32,000 nt of DNA, from assembly GCF_900187275.1 (NCBI RefSeq), contig NZ_LT906458.1:1440001-1472000 (forward strand), written 5' to 3'. The first letter of the stretch is position 1. Each line of letters starts with the position of its first letter. Position numbers and translations under genes: made by a program. Shown piece by piece: positions 1 to 10,230 of this stretch. The notes beneath the pieces are model-generated. The model worked only from the letters and a program-made list of their open reading frames with translations, ran no database searches and was not told where the DNA came from. The DNA comes from Pasteurella multocida. Lineage in GTDB: Bacteria; Pseudomonadota; Gammaproteobacteria; Enterobacterales; Pasteurellaceae.

Positions 1-693
1 TTAGCGAGTCATTTTCATCTCACTGGTGCAACAATTCGTAAAGATCTCACTGCGTTGGAAAAACAAAATAAAGTCTTAAGAACCTATGGTAGTGTCGTCG
101 TTACCCAAAAAGATCTTGAACAAGACCCGCCTATTGATTTTAAAACCAATGTCAACCTCAGCCAAAAACAACGAATTGGAAAAAAAGCCGCCACCCTCAT
201 CAACGAAGGAGATTCTATTATCTTTGATGCCGGCAGTACTGTCCTACAAATTATCCCCAATTTAACCACATTTGATAACTTGTCTATCATGACAAATAGC
301 TTAACGATCTTTAATGCTGTTCTACAACTCAATAAATCCTATAACTTATTAATGTCTGGCGGATCATTCCGTGAAAAATCAGCGTCGTTTCATGGTTATT
401 TTGCAGAATCTGTTTTCATTGGTTCAACTTTTGATACGTTATTTATTGGTACTGATGGTCTTGATCTTGACGTTGGATTAACGACGTTTAATGAAGTTTA
501 TCGCGTCAGTTCATTAATGTGTAACGCCGCCAAAAAAATCATTGTCCTTGCTGATTCAAGTAAATTTGGACGAAAAACGCCAAATATCGTCTGTGGCTTA
601 GAAAAAATCCATACTATTGTTACTGATGATAAGTTACCGACAGAAATGAAAGACAAACTCATCGAAAAAGGTATTGAGGTTTTAATTGTTTAG
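1..693 (+). CDS. DeoR-family transcriptional repressor, 5'-truncated by the window edge (resembles SrlR/GutR-type sugar-alcohol operon repressors)
   Basis: Frame 1 is open from base 1 (LASHFHLTGATIRKDLTALEKQNKVLRTYG, the end of a DeoR HTH) and runs into the ORF-track protein. The C-terminal DeoR sensor domain motifs are present (DAGST, MTNS, FIGTDG, ADSSKFGR). Confidence 0.8.
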   Translation, partial: LASHFHLTGATIRKDLTALEKQNKVLRTYGSVVVTQKDLEQDPPIDFKTNVNLSQKQRIGKKAATLINEGDSIIFDAGSTVLQIIPNLTTFDNLSIMTNSLTIFNAVLQLNKSYNLLMSGGSFREKSASFHGYFAESVFIGSTFDTLFIGTDGLDLDVGLTTFNEVYRVSSLMCNAAKKIIVLADSSKFGRKTPNIVCGLEKIHTIVTDDKLPTEMKDKLIEKGIEVLIV

Positions 694-940
694 TTTAGCT
701 TAGCTAAACCTTTATCACAGGCATGTGTGATAACACGCGTCTTACTCAAGACGTGCTCAAACATCTCACTTATGCAATAAAAAGTGGTATTTCATATACA
801 TGATAGAAAATACAGGATAAAAATACCCCTTCACGTAATAACACAGAGTCAGAAACCAAAAAGAACAATAAAAATAGCTTTTTATACTTATACCTTTCTA
901 AAAATCCTCCACAAAAACAAATTAAACACCAAAATTTTAT

Positions 941-968
941 TTGACAGCCTTATATTAATCGGTAATAT
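941..968 (+). promoter_or_regulatory. Putative sigma70 promoter of the leu operon leader
   Basis: TTGACA (941-946), a 16-nt spacer, then TAATAT (963-968). It sits about 40 nt upstream of the Leu-rich leader ORF. Confidence 0.5.
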
Positions 969-1007
969 GAAAACCGTTACAGTTTCAAAACAAGGATTTT
1001 TTTACTT

Positions 1008-1067
1008 ATGTTTACCATGTGTTCTTTATCTCTCAACCTTCTGCTCACACAGTCATTGTGCGGCTAG
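1008..1067 (+). CDS. leuL: leu operon leader peptide (19 aa, MFTMCSLSLNLLLTQSLCG)
   Basis: A small ORF read by hand. Six of 19 codons are Leu, including a CTT-CTG-CTC run at 1038-1046. AAGGA lies at 992-996. The ORF is followed by mutually exclusive antiterminator and terminator hairpins directly upstream of leuA. Confidence 0.55.
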   Translation: MFTMCSLSLNLLLTQSLCG

Positions 1068-1103
1068 GTTGTGGATAAAAAACAGTAAAATATCCCACAA
1101 ATT

Positions 1104-1134
1104 AGACCCGCACATGTAAGCGGGTCTTTTTTTT
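1104..1134 (+). terminator. Rho-independent attenuator terminator of the leu leader
   Basis: AGACCCGC (1104-1111) pairs with GCGGGTCT (1120-1127), followed by a run of 8 T. Its left arm can instead pair with TGTGCGG (1057-1063) as an antiterminator. Confidence 0.8.
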
Positions 1135-1207
1135 ATGAAAACGAAAAAAGACGACTGTACTTAAATACTCGAAATAGCACAACACGAACAACAATAAGGA
1201 TCCTAAT

Positions 1208-2764
1208 ATGGCAGACAATATCATTATTTTTGACACCACATTACGTGATGGCGAACAGGCATTAAAAGCCAGCTTAACGGTAAAAGAAAAATTACAAATT
1301 GCCTTCGCCTTGGAACGTTTAGGCGTGGATGTCATGGAAGTGGGGTTCCCCATTTCGTCTGCTGGGGATTTTGAATCGGTGCAAACCATTGCCCGCCATA
1401 TTAAGAATAGCCGCGTTTGTGCTTTATCTCGCGCTGTGGATAAAGATATTGATGCTGCAGCAGAAGCGTTGAAAGTAGCGGAGGCATTCCGTATTCACAC
1501 GTTTATTGCCACGTCTGCTTTACATGTGGAAGCCAAATTACGTCGTACCTTTGAAGATGTGGTCGATATGGCGATCAATGCCGTGAAACGCGCGAGAAAC
1601 TACACCGATGATGTGGAGTTTTCTTGTGAAGATGCAGGGCGTACTGGTGTGGATAATATCTGCCGTATTGTAGAAGCCGCAATTAAAGCCGGTGCCACGA
1701 CTGTCAATATTCCCGATACTGTCGGCTACTGTTTGCCATATCAATACGGCGATATTATTGCGAATGTGATGAATCGTGTACCAAACATTGATAAAGCGAT
1801 TATTTCTGTGCATTGCCACAATGATTTAGGGATGGCAACTGCCAATTCATTAACAGCGGTTCAAAATGGCGCACGACAAATTGAATGTACTATTAACGGG
1901 ATCGGTGAACGTGCCGGTAATACCGCATTAGAAGAAGTAGTGATGGCAATTAAAACACGCCAAGATATGTTCAATGGTTTAGATACTCGCATTAACACAC
2001 AAGAAATTCACCGTGTCAGCCAAATGGTGAGCCAACTTTGTAATATGCCAATCCAACCGAATAAAGCGATTGTGGGATCCAATGCCTTTGCCCATTCTTC
2101 AGGTATCCACCAAGATGGTATGGTAAAACATAAAAATACGTATGAAATTATGTCGCCTGAAAGCATTGGCTTGAAAAAAGAAAAATTGAACTTAACCGCG
2201 CGTTCAGGTCGTGCCGCGGTGAAAAACCATATGAGCGAGATGGGCTACCAAGAAAGTGATTACGATTTAGATAAACTCTATGAAGCATTCTTGAAATTGG
2301 CGGACAAAAAAGGGCAAGTGTTCGACTATGATTTAGAAGCGCTTGCGTTTATTGATATGCAACAAGGCGATGAAGATCGCTTAACCTTAGACGTGATCAC
2401 TTCACAATGTATCAGCCACTTACCCGCATCTGCCTTTGTGCAAGTGGAATTAGACGGCAAAAAAATGAGCCAAGTGTCTAACGGTGGTAATGGACCTGTT
2501 GATGCGGTTTACAATGCGATTTTAGCGATCACCGGCTTAGAGATGAAAATGCTTAACTACAACTTGACGGCTAAAGGTGAAGGTGCCGAAGCTTTGGGGC
2601 AAGTAGATATTGTGGTGGAACATGAAGGCAGACGTTTCCACGGCGTGGGACTTGCGACTGACATTGTGGAATCCTCTGCCAGAGCCTTGATTCATGCGAT
2701 TAATGCCATTTACCGTTCGCAAAAAGTGGCAGATTTGAAATTACATAAAATTGCTGGCGTGTAA
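1208..2764 (+). CDS. leuA: 2-isopropylmalate synthase
   Basis: 518 aa with the N-terminal [10 protein letters not shown] and HCHNDLG motifs of the HMGL-like family and a C-terminal LeuA regulatory domain. AAGGA RBS upstream. It is the first gene after the attenuator. Confidence 0.97.
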   Translation: MADNIIIFDTTLRDGEQALKASLTVKEKLQIAFALERLGVDVMEVGFPISSAGDFESVQTIARHIKNSRVCALSRAVDKDIDAAAEALKVAEAFRIHTFIATSALHVEAKLRRTFEDVVDMAINAVKRARNYTDDVEFSCEDAGRTGVDNICRIVEAAIKAGATTVNIPDTVGYCLPYQYGDIIANVMNRVPNIDKAIISVHCHNDLGMATANSLTAVQNGARQIECTINGIGERAGNTALEEVVMAIKTRQDMFNGLDTRINTQEIHRVSQMVSQLCNMPIQPNKAIVGSNAFAHSSGIHQDGMVKHKNTYEIMSPESIGLKKEKLNLTARSGRAAVKNHMSEMGYQESDYDLDKLYEAFLKLADKKGQVFDYDLEALAFIDMQQGDEDRLTLDVITSQCISHLPASAFVQVELDGKKMSQVSNGGNGPVDAVYNAILAITGLEMKMLNYNLTAKGEGAEALGQVDIVVEHEGRRFHGVGLATDIVESSARALIHAINAIYRSQKVADLKLHKIAGV

Positions 2765-2852
2765 AAAAACGGATTCAAAACACACCGCACTTTAAACAGT
2801 CATGATGCCAACATGTGATAAGAAGAAATTCATCCAAGACAAACTTCATTAA

Positions 2853-3953
<1,101 letters not shown>

Positions 3954-4076
3954 AACTTTAAAAAAATTATACGTAATCGTTCTTAACGATTACTATGGCT
4001 TCGCCACCGTTGGCAAAGCCAACGTTCAAAAACTAAAGTTTTTGTCACCGCACTTTTTTATCAATATTAACATTGT

Positions 4077-4200
4077 CCCCGTGTAAACTGCCCGAGTGTA
4101 GTGGGGATTTTTAGGAAAATAACGTTGCGTAGCAAGGCGAAGACAACTTATTTTCCGTGAAAAAATCCACACGGAAATCGGATAAGCAGTTTAGTCGGGG
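4077..4200. repeat. ERIC/IRU-like ~124-bp imperfect palindromic intergenic element (MITE-like)
   Basis: The ends CCCCGTGTAAACTGC (4077-4091) and GCAGTTTAGTCGGGG (4186-4200) are inverted. Inner arms also pair (GGGGATTTTTAGGAAAATAA against TTATTTTCCGTGAAAAAATCC). The element lies in the abnormally long leuB-leuC spacer. Confidence 0.6.
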
Positions 4201-4291
4201 TGTGTTTTTTGCTCCTTTTTTGCACAAGCAAAAAGGAGAGAAAGGCTCAGAATAAAATAATTAAAGCTCAAACATCATTAGGAATAACACA

Positions 4292-5698
4292 ATGTCCAAA
4301 ACCCTATACGAAAAACTCTTCGACGCACATGTCGTCCACGAAGCCAATGGCGAAACGCCATTGATTTACATCAACCGCCATTTAGTGCATGAAGTGACCT
4401 CCCCACAAGCCTTTGATGGTTTGCGCGCCATGGGACGTTCCGTTCGTCAACCGAGTAAAACCGTTGCTACCATGGATCACAATGTCCCAACTGATAGTCG
4501 TGATCTAGCAGGCTCAGGCGAAATGGGACGAGTGCAAATGGTAGAGTTAGCCAAAAATACTGAACAATTTGGCATCACACTCTACGATATTAACCACATC
4601 AATCAAGGTATTGTGCATGTCATGGGACCAGAACAAGGTTTAACTCTACCGGGTATGACCATTGTCTGTGGCGACTCACATACCGCTACCCATGGCGCCT
4701 TTGGGGCATTAGCCTTTGGGATCGGCACCTCCGAAGTTGAGCATGTGCTTGCTACTCAAACCATTAAACAAGCACGCGCGAAAAAAATGAAAATTGAAGT
4801 GCGTGGCAAAGTACGTGACGGGATTAGCGCGAAAGATATCGTGTTAGCCATCATCGGTAAAACAACCATGGGCGGTGGCACAGGACACGTTGTGGAATTC
4901 TGTGGTGAAGCGATCCGCGATCTTTCCATGGAAGGACGCATGACCGTCTGTAATATGGCTATCGAGTTAGGTGCGAAATCCGGTATTATTGCACCCGATG
5001 AAACGACGTTTGCTTACTTAAAAGACAAACCTTACGCGCCGAAAGGCAAAGATTGGGACGAGGCTGTTGCCTATTGGCAAACATTGCATAGCGATGAAGC
5101 GGCTGAATTTGATACCGTTGTCACGCTAGAAGCCAGTGAAATCGAACCACAAGTGACTTGGGGTACCAACCCAGGACAAGTGATTGGTATTAATCAGCCG
5201 ATCCCAAATCCAGCGGAAATGTCAGATCCGATTGAGCGTCAATCTGCTGAAAAAGCCTTAGCCTACATGGATTTACCGCACAGCATTAAATTGACCGATG
5301 TCACCATTGATAAAGTCTTTATTGGTTCTTGCACAAACTCTCGTATTGAAGATTTGCGTGCAGCAGCAGCGATCGCCAAAGGACGCAAAGTGGCAGACGG
5401 CGTACAAGCCTTGGTCGTACCGGGTTCAGGTTTAGTGCGAGAACAAGCCGAGAAAGAAGGCTTAGATAAAATCTTTATTGAAGCCGGTTTTGAATGGCGT
5501 TTACCGGGTTGTTCTATGTGTTTAGCCATGAATAACGACCGCTTAGCCCCAGGTGAACGTTGCGCCTCCACCAGTAACCGTAACTTTGAGGGGCGTCAAG
5601 GTCGTGGTGGACGCACCCATTTAGTCAGTCCTGCGATGGCCGCCGCCGCTGCCGTTTATGGCAAATTTGTCGACATCCGTAACTTGGAATTACATTAA
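4292..5698 (+). CDS. leuC: 3-isopropylmalate dehydratase large subunit
   Basis: 468 aa aconitase-family protein with Fe-S ligand regions ([21 protein letters not shown]). Confidence 0.97.
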   Translation: MSKTLYEKLFDAHVVHEANGETPLIYINRHLVHEVTSPQAFDGLRAMGRSVRQPSKTVATMDHNVPTDSRDLAGSGEMGRVQMVELAKNTEQFGITLYDINHINQGIVHVMGPEQGLTLPGMTIVCGDSHTATHGAFGALAFGIGTSEVEHVLATQTIKQARAKKMKIEVRGKVRDGISAKDIVLAIIGKTTMGGGTGHVVEFCGEAIRDLSMEGRMTVCNMAIELGAKSGIIAPDETTFAYLKDKPYAPKGKDWDEAVAYWQTLHSDEAAEFDTVVTLEASEIEPQVTWGTNPGQVIGINQPIPNPAEMSDPIERQSAEKALAYMDLPHSIKLTDVTIDKVFIGSCTNSRIEDLRAAAAIAKGRKVADGVQALVVPGSGLVREQAEKEGLDKIFIEAGFEWRLPGCSMCLAMNNDRLAPGERCASTSNRNFEGRQGRGGRTHLVSPAMAAAAAVYGKFVDIRNLELH

Positions 5699-5888
5699 CC
5701 ACATTCCCCTCTTAAACCCAGAGGGGAAAACAGAAAAACTGTTTTAAAACTAACCGCACTTTATTGATAATGCTCAGACAAAGCGCCCCTTCGATTTTGC
5801 CTGAGTGTAAGAAAATTTTCTTTAAACGAAGAAAAGCAAAATCGCAGGTACGGTACATAACAGAATCAACATGTAAGAGAGAAATCAC

Positions 5889-6494
5889 ATGCCTAAAGAA
5901 TTTAAACAACACACGGGTATCGCCGTTCCCCTTGATGCCTCAAACGTGGATACCGATGCTATTATCCCAAAACAGTTCTTACAAAAAGTCACTCGTATTG
6001 GTTTTGGTCAACACTTATTCCATGAATGGCGCTTTTTAGATGATGAAGGAAAACAACCCAACCCAGACTTCGTGTTAAACTACCCACGTTATCAAGGTGC
6101 CAGTATTTTATTAGCCCGTGAGAATTTTGGTTGTGGTTCCTCTCGCGAACACGCGCCTTGGGCGCTCGATGATTATGGTATTCGTGTGATTATTGCACCC
6201 AGTTTTGCTGATATTTTTTATGGCAATAGCTTAAATAATCAGATGTTACCAATTCGCCTTAGCGATGAAGAAGTGGAAGAATTGTTCCAGTTTGTCAATG
6301 CTAACGAAGGTGCAACCATTACGGTGGATCTAGAAACACAAAAAGTCAGCGCGAATAACAAAGTCTATTCCTTTGAAATCGACCCTTTTCGTCGCCATTG
6401 TTTGTTAAATGGGTTAGACAATATCGGACTAACCTTGCAACATGAAGCAAAAATCGCAGAATACGAAAGCAACATCCCTGCTTTCTTACGCTAA
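5889..6494 (+). CDS. leuD: 3-isopropylmalate dehydratase small subunit
   Basis: 201 aa aconitase swivel-domain protein ([16 protein letters not shown]). Confidence 0.96.
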   Translation: MPKEFKQHTGIAVPLDASNVDTDAIIPKQFLQKVTRIGFGQHLFHEWRFLDDEGKQPNPDFVLNYPRYQGASILLARENFGCGSSREHAPWALDDYGIRVIIAPSFADIFYGNSLNNQMLPIRLSDEEVEELFQFVNANEGATITVDLETQKVSANNKVYSFEIDPFRRHCLLNGLDNIGLTLQHEAKIAEYESNIPAFLR

Positions 6495-6500
6495 ATATGT

Positions 6501-6535
6501 TCAAGAGATGAAACAATCATCTCTTGAGCTTTTTC
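6501..6535 (+). terminator. Rho-independent terminator after leuD
   Basis: TCAAGAGATG (6501-6510) pairs with CATCTCTTGA (6518-6527), followed by GCTTTTT. Confidence 0.7.
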
Positions 6536-6818
6536 CCACCCATTCATATTATTTTTCCTTGTTATTTTATGTACAAAATAAATACCTAAAGGTTTTGCTA
6601 TTTTCAATAACCAGGAAGATGTTTTTTCACGTAAAAAACATGTCCTCTTCTCAATAAAAAGCAAAATAGACCAAAAAAACGAACATAATAGCACCATTTA
6701 TACAATGGATATGTTGTTGTATTTATTATGAATAAGCTATTTACTCTCTGTACAAAATTGTGTCAAAATAAAAATGGTTTTTAACATTTTTCGTAAAAAA
6801 TAATAATGAGAAAAATAT

Positions 6819-7268
6819 ATGCATAAGCGAGTAGTCGATTTTATTAAGAAACAATACTTATTTACTCTTGCCTGTACAGAAAATAATCTCCCTTGGGCAA
6901 ATGCCTTTTATTATGTTTTCGACGAAAAAGAAAATAGATTAATTTATATTACAGGTGATCAAACTCATCATGCGAAAGTGCTTCGCAATAACTCGCGTGT
7001 TGCAGGTACCATTTTTGTTCCCACAAAATTTGTCCCCTCTCTACAAGGTGTACAATTTACAGGTCGCTCGAGTCAATTATTTTCAACACAAGCAGAACAA
7101 GCCCGTGCTTTATATAAAACTGAATATTCACATCACTTAATTGATCAACTCACGGTTTGGCAAGTTGAACTGGAGTATGTTCGTTTAGTGGATAATTCAC
7201 TCGGCTTATTTAGTACGATAGAATGGCGTAAAGGGCAAGTAGCGGAAGAAACAGACCACTATGCCTAA
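6819..7268 (+). CDS. yhbP: UPF0306 / YhbP-like protein with a pyridoxamine-5'-phosphate-oxidase-like FMN-binding fold
   Basis: 149 aa that aligns by eye with E. coli YhbP (WANAFYY against CANAFYL; a shared GVQF segment). Confidence 0.7.
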   Translation: MHKRVVDFIKKQYLFTLACTENNLPWANAFYYVFDEKENRLIYITGDQTHHAKVLRNNSRVAGTIFVPTKFVPSLQGVQFTGRSSQLFSTQAEQARALYKTEYSHHLIDQLTVWQVELEYVRLVDNSLGLFSTIEWRKGQVAEETDHYA

Positions 7269-7287
7269 AACGTGCAATACAAATAGG

Positions 7288-7776
7288 TTAATGTAGCTGT
7301 AATTGGCGACGAATTTTGCGTAAAAGTAAAAAGACCCACGGCCATAACAGCCCGCTCGCCAATGCGCCATAACTTTCTTGCCAATTAAATGATGCGCTAT
7401 GCAAAAGTAATTCAATGAGAAAAATACTGAAGCGAATCGAGAAAACAAAGATAATGACCAACAAGCTTTGCATCCAGAGCGATAGATTACGTAGGACTAA
7501 ATGATTAAGCGCGACTAAATAGGTAAAAAGCGATAAGACTAACGCATGTACCCCTAAAATAGAACCAAGCACTAAGTCCCAAATCACCCCAAGCACAAAC
7601 GCCGATCCTATACTCACTTTATTTGGCAGCGCAAGTGTCCAATAGAGCAAAACCAGTACTAACCACGCCGGCTTAAAATTTTGGAAGTCCGTTGGCCAAG
7701 GGGCAATTTCCATCACTAACGCCACAATAAAAGTACAAATCAAAATTAGCCATTGTAGGATAAAACGCTTTTGCAT
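7288..7776 (-). CDS. mreD: Rod shape-determining protein MreD
   Basis: 162 aa polytopic membrane protein. Its start overlaps the mreC stop (TAATG at 7774-7778). It is the last gene of mreBCD. Confidence 0.9.
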   Translation of the reverse strand: MQKRFILQWLILICTFIVALVMEIAPWPTDFQNFKPAWLVLVLLYWTLALPNKVSIGSAFVLGVIWDLVLGSILGVHALVLSLFTYLVALNHLVLRNLSLWMQSLLVIIFVFSIRFSIFLIELLLHSASFNWQESYGALASGLLWPWVFLLLRKIRRQLQLH

Positions 7777-8825
7777 TACGGTTCCTCTCTCGACGGTGAT
7801 TCTGTTACCGTCGGTAATGGATGATTTTCAGCAGGATTTTCCAATACTGGACTCGGCTCGTCTGCTTCCACAGGATTGTTGTCGTTTTCTTCTTTAACCA
7901 ACGTTTTTGTTACCTTACCTGCTTCTACGCCCTGATTTTCCAAACGTTGTTGTACAGTACGTCGAATATCTGCAGGTGAAATAGACTGGACTTTGCGCAT
8001 CTCTTCATTCGTCGGCCATAAAAGCAAAACATAGCGTAAACGTTCAATCGAAGCTAATGGCTTTGCTGTTACAGTAGCAAAATAATTTTGCCCATCACGT
8101 GATACGGATTCCACAATGGCAACAGGATAACCTTCTAAAAAACGCCCACCTAATCCAGAAGTGACTAATAAATCCCCTTTGACAATATCGACCGAACGCG
8201 GCACATGATCTAAACTCAGTTCATCATTCCGTCCTGTTCCACTAGCAATCAAACGGACATCATTACGTAGTACTTGTACTGGAATAGAATGAGTCACATC
8301 TGTCAATAGAAGAACGCGACTCGTATTTTCACCAACGGAGATAAGTTGCCCAACAATACCCTTTTCATCAATAATCGGCTGCCCGACATAAGCACCGTCA
8401 CGTTGTCCTTGGTTAATCACGACTTGCTTACGATACACATCAGTTTCTGCCGTTAAAACTTCAGCAATTTTTTTATACTCATCTGTACGTAGAGGGGAAT
8501 TAAGCAATAAGCGCAGGCGTTGATTTTCTACTTTGAGTTGATCTAACAACAATAAATCTGCATTTTTTTCACGCAGTTGATCACGCAAAACTCGGTTTTC
8601 AATTTGCAATTTATTGGTATCAACCAAATTATCTGAAACCCCATCCAATACCGTTCTCGGTGTATTGGCAAGATAATACAGCCCGCCTACTGCGGTTTCC
8701 ATAATACTGCGTGCTTTAATCATCGCATTGGATTGACCGTCCGAAACAATCAATGCAATGGATGCTAAAATCGCCAGAATTAAGCGAAGACCTAAAGGAG
8801 GTGCTTTTCCAAAAATAGGTTTCAT
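7776..8825 (-). CDS. mreC: Rod shape-determining protein MreC
   Basis: 349 aa with an N-terminal anchor, a coiled coil (LQIENRVLRDQLREKN), MreC beta-barrel domains and a low-complexity Pro/Glu tail. It lies between mreB and mreD. Confidence 0.93.
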   Translation of the reverse strand: MKPIFGKAPPLGLRLILAILASIALIVSDGQSNAMIKARSIMETAVGGLYYLANTPRTVLDGVSDNLVDTNKLQIENRVLRDQLREKNADLLLLDQLKVENQRLRLLLNSPLRTDEYKKIAEVLTAETDVYRKQVVINQGQRDGAYVGQPIIDEKGIVGQLISVGENTSRVLLLTDVTHSIPVQVLRNDVRLIASGTGRNDELSLDHVPRSVDIVKGDLLVTSGLGGRFLEGYPVAIVESVSRDGQNYFATVTAKPLASIERLRYVLLLWPTNEEMRKVQSISPADIRRTVQQRLENQGVEAGKVTKTLVKEENDNNPVEADEPSPVLENPAENHPLPTVTESPSREEP

Positions 8826-8865
8826 ATACGAATTAGGCTAGCCTTGTCAGCAATAAAAGAGAAGT

Positions 8866-8895
8866 AAAAGTGCGGTCTAATATCACCGCACTTTT
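8866..8895 (-). terminator. Inverted USS pair hairpin between mreB and mreC
   Basis: AAAAGTGCGGT and ACCGCACTTTT are separated by an 8-nt loop. This is probably an intra-operon attenuating hairpin. Confidence 0.5.
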
Positions 8896-8903
8896 AAATC
8901 ATA

Positions 8904-9959
8904 TTAGATATCGTCACTAAAAATATCACCACCGTGCATATCGATCATCTCTAATGCCTCGCCACCACCACGGGCAACACAGGTTAAAGGATCATCGGCG
9001 ATGATAACCGGCACACCGGTTTCTTTTGACAGTAAAACATCAATATTACGAATAAGGGCACCGCCACCAGTTAAGACCATGCCACGTTCAAAAATATCCG
9101 CAGCATGTTCTGGTTGACACTCTTCCAAGGCCGTGCGCACTGCCGCAACAATGCCATTTAACGGGGCTTGAATAGCTTCTAACACATCACGTGAGGTGAG
9201 TTTGAAAGAACGCGGCGCACCTTCTGCTAAGTTATGACCATGCACTTCAATTTCACGGACTTCATCGCCTTCTTGAATAAACGCACTACCAATCTCTTGT
9301 TTGATACGCTCTGCTGTCGGTTCCCCAATAATTGAACCGAACGTCTTGCGTACATAAGAAATAATCGCCTCATCAAAACGATCACCACCAATGCGGACTG
9401 AAGAGGAATACACAATGCCATTTAAAGAAATCACCGCAACTTCCGTCGTACCACCACCGATATCGATCACCATCGAACCTGTGGCAGTCGAAACAGGTAA
9501 TTTAGCACCAATCGCTGCCGCCATCGGTTCCTCAATCAAGTACACCTCGCGTGCCCCAGCACCAATGGCAGATTCTTTGATTGCACGTCGTTCGACTTGC
9601 GTAGCTCCCGCAGGTACACAAACTAAGACACGTGGACTTGGACGCATAAAATTGCTGCTGTGCACTTGTTTAATAAAATATTGCAACATTTTTTCTGTCA
9701 CAAAGAAATCTGCGATCACCCCATCTTTCATAGGACGAATCGCTGCAATGCTTTTCGGTGTACGGCCTAACATTAATTTGGCATCACGACCAACCGCAGC
9801 AATGCTTTTTAATGCACCTGAACGTTCTTGGCGAATCGCCACAACAGAAGGTTCATCTAAAACAATCCCTTGTCCTTTGACATAAATTAAGGTATTCGCT
9901 GTGCCAAGATCGATGGACAGATCATTTGAAAATAAGCCTCGAATTTTTTTAAATAACAT
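8904..9959 (-). CDS. mreB: Rod shape-determining actin homologue MreB
   Basis: 351 aa, near-colinear with E. coli MreB as recalled ([48 protein letters not shown]). Confidence 0.98.
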   Translation of the reverse strand: MLFKKIRGLFSNDLSIDLGTANTLIYVKGQGIVLDEPSVVAIRQERSGALKSIAAVGRDAKLMLGRTPKSIAAIRPMKDGVIADFFVTEKMLQYFIKQVHSSNFMRPSPRVLVCVPAGATQVERRAIKESAIGAGAREVYLIEEPMAAAIGAKLPVSTATGSMVIDIGGGTTEVAVISLNGIVYSSSVRIGGDRFDEAIISYVRKTFGSIIGEPTAERIKQEIGSAFIQEGDEVREIEVHGHNLAEGAPRSFKLTSRDVLEAIQAPLNGIVAAVRTALEECQPEHAADIFERGMVLTGGGALIRNIDVLLSKETGVPVIIADDPLTCVARGGGEALEMIDMHGGDIFSDDI

Positions 9960-10230
9960 AAGAATTCCGCTGAACTAAATTAAATAATGGACACTCTGAT
10001 TTGAGTATTGAAAAATTGTGCTAAATGTATCAAAAAATGTACCTTTATAACAGAGAATTTTCTGTAAATTGTCGAAATTTGCTTTGTCTTTACGCTTTCA
10101 TGCACGACAAATCCCGCGAGTACAGATTGTTTCAGTCACGAACAGGTTTTTTACTTGCTTTCAACAAATCAGAGTGTCAAACTTGAGGTCATTAAACGAA
10201 TGCGTATTTCCATTCTCAAAGGGAGTCATT

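Noticed and set aside
784-1389. ORFs 784-1119 (+, 111 aa) and 1102-1389 (-, 95 aa)
   Set aside because: They span the leu promoter, leader and attenuator, or run antisense to the leuA 5' end. Their composition is low-complexity and AT-driven. The region is better explained by the leader peptide and terminator.
5712-6039. ORFs 5712-5912 (-) and 5764-6039 (+) in the leuC-leuD spacer
   Set aside because: They overlap hairpin and USS structures and the leuD start. No coding signal is evident.
6442-6697. Overlapping 71-aa (+) and 68-aa (-) ORFs downstream of leuD
   Set aside because: They lie in an AT-rich spacer that includes the leuD terminator. There is no RBS, the two exclude each other, and the peptides look non-protein-like.
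10069-10230. N-terminal 54-aa extension of rnr from a TTG start
   Set aside because: The extension is basic and hydrophobic with no RNase R similarity. ATG 10231 has a GGGAG RBS, and the protein from there ([16 protein letters not shown]) matches the expected family N-terminus.
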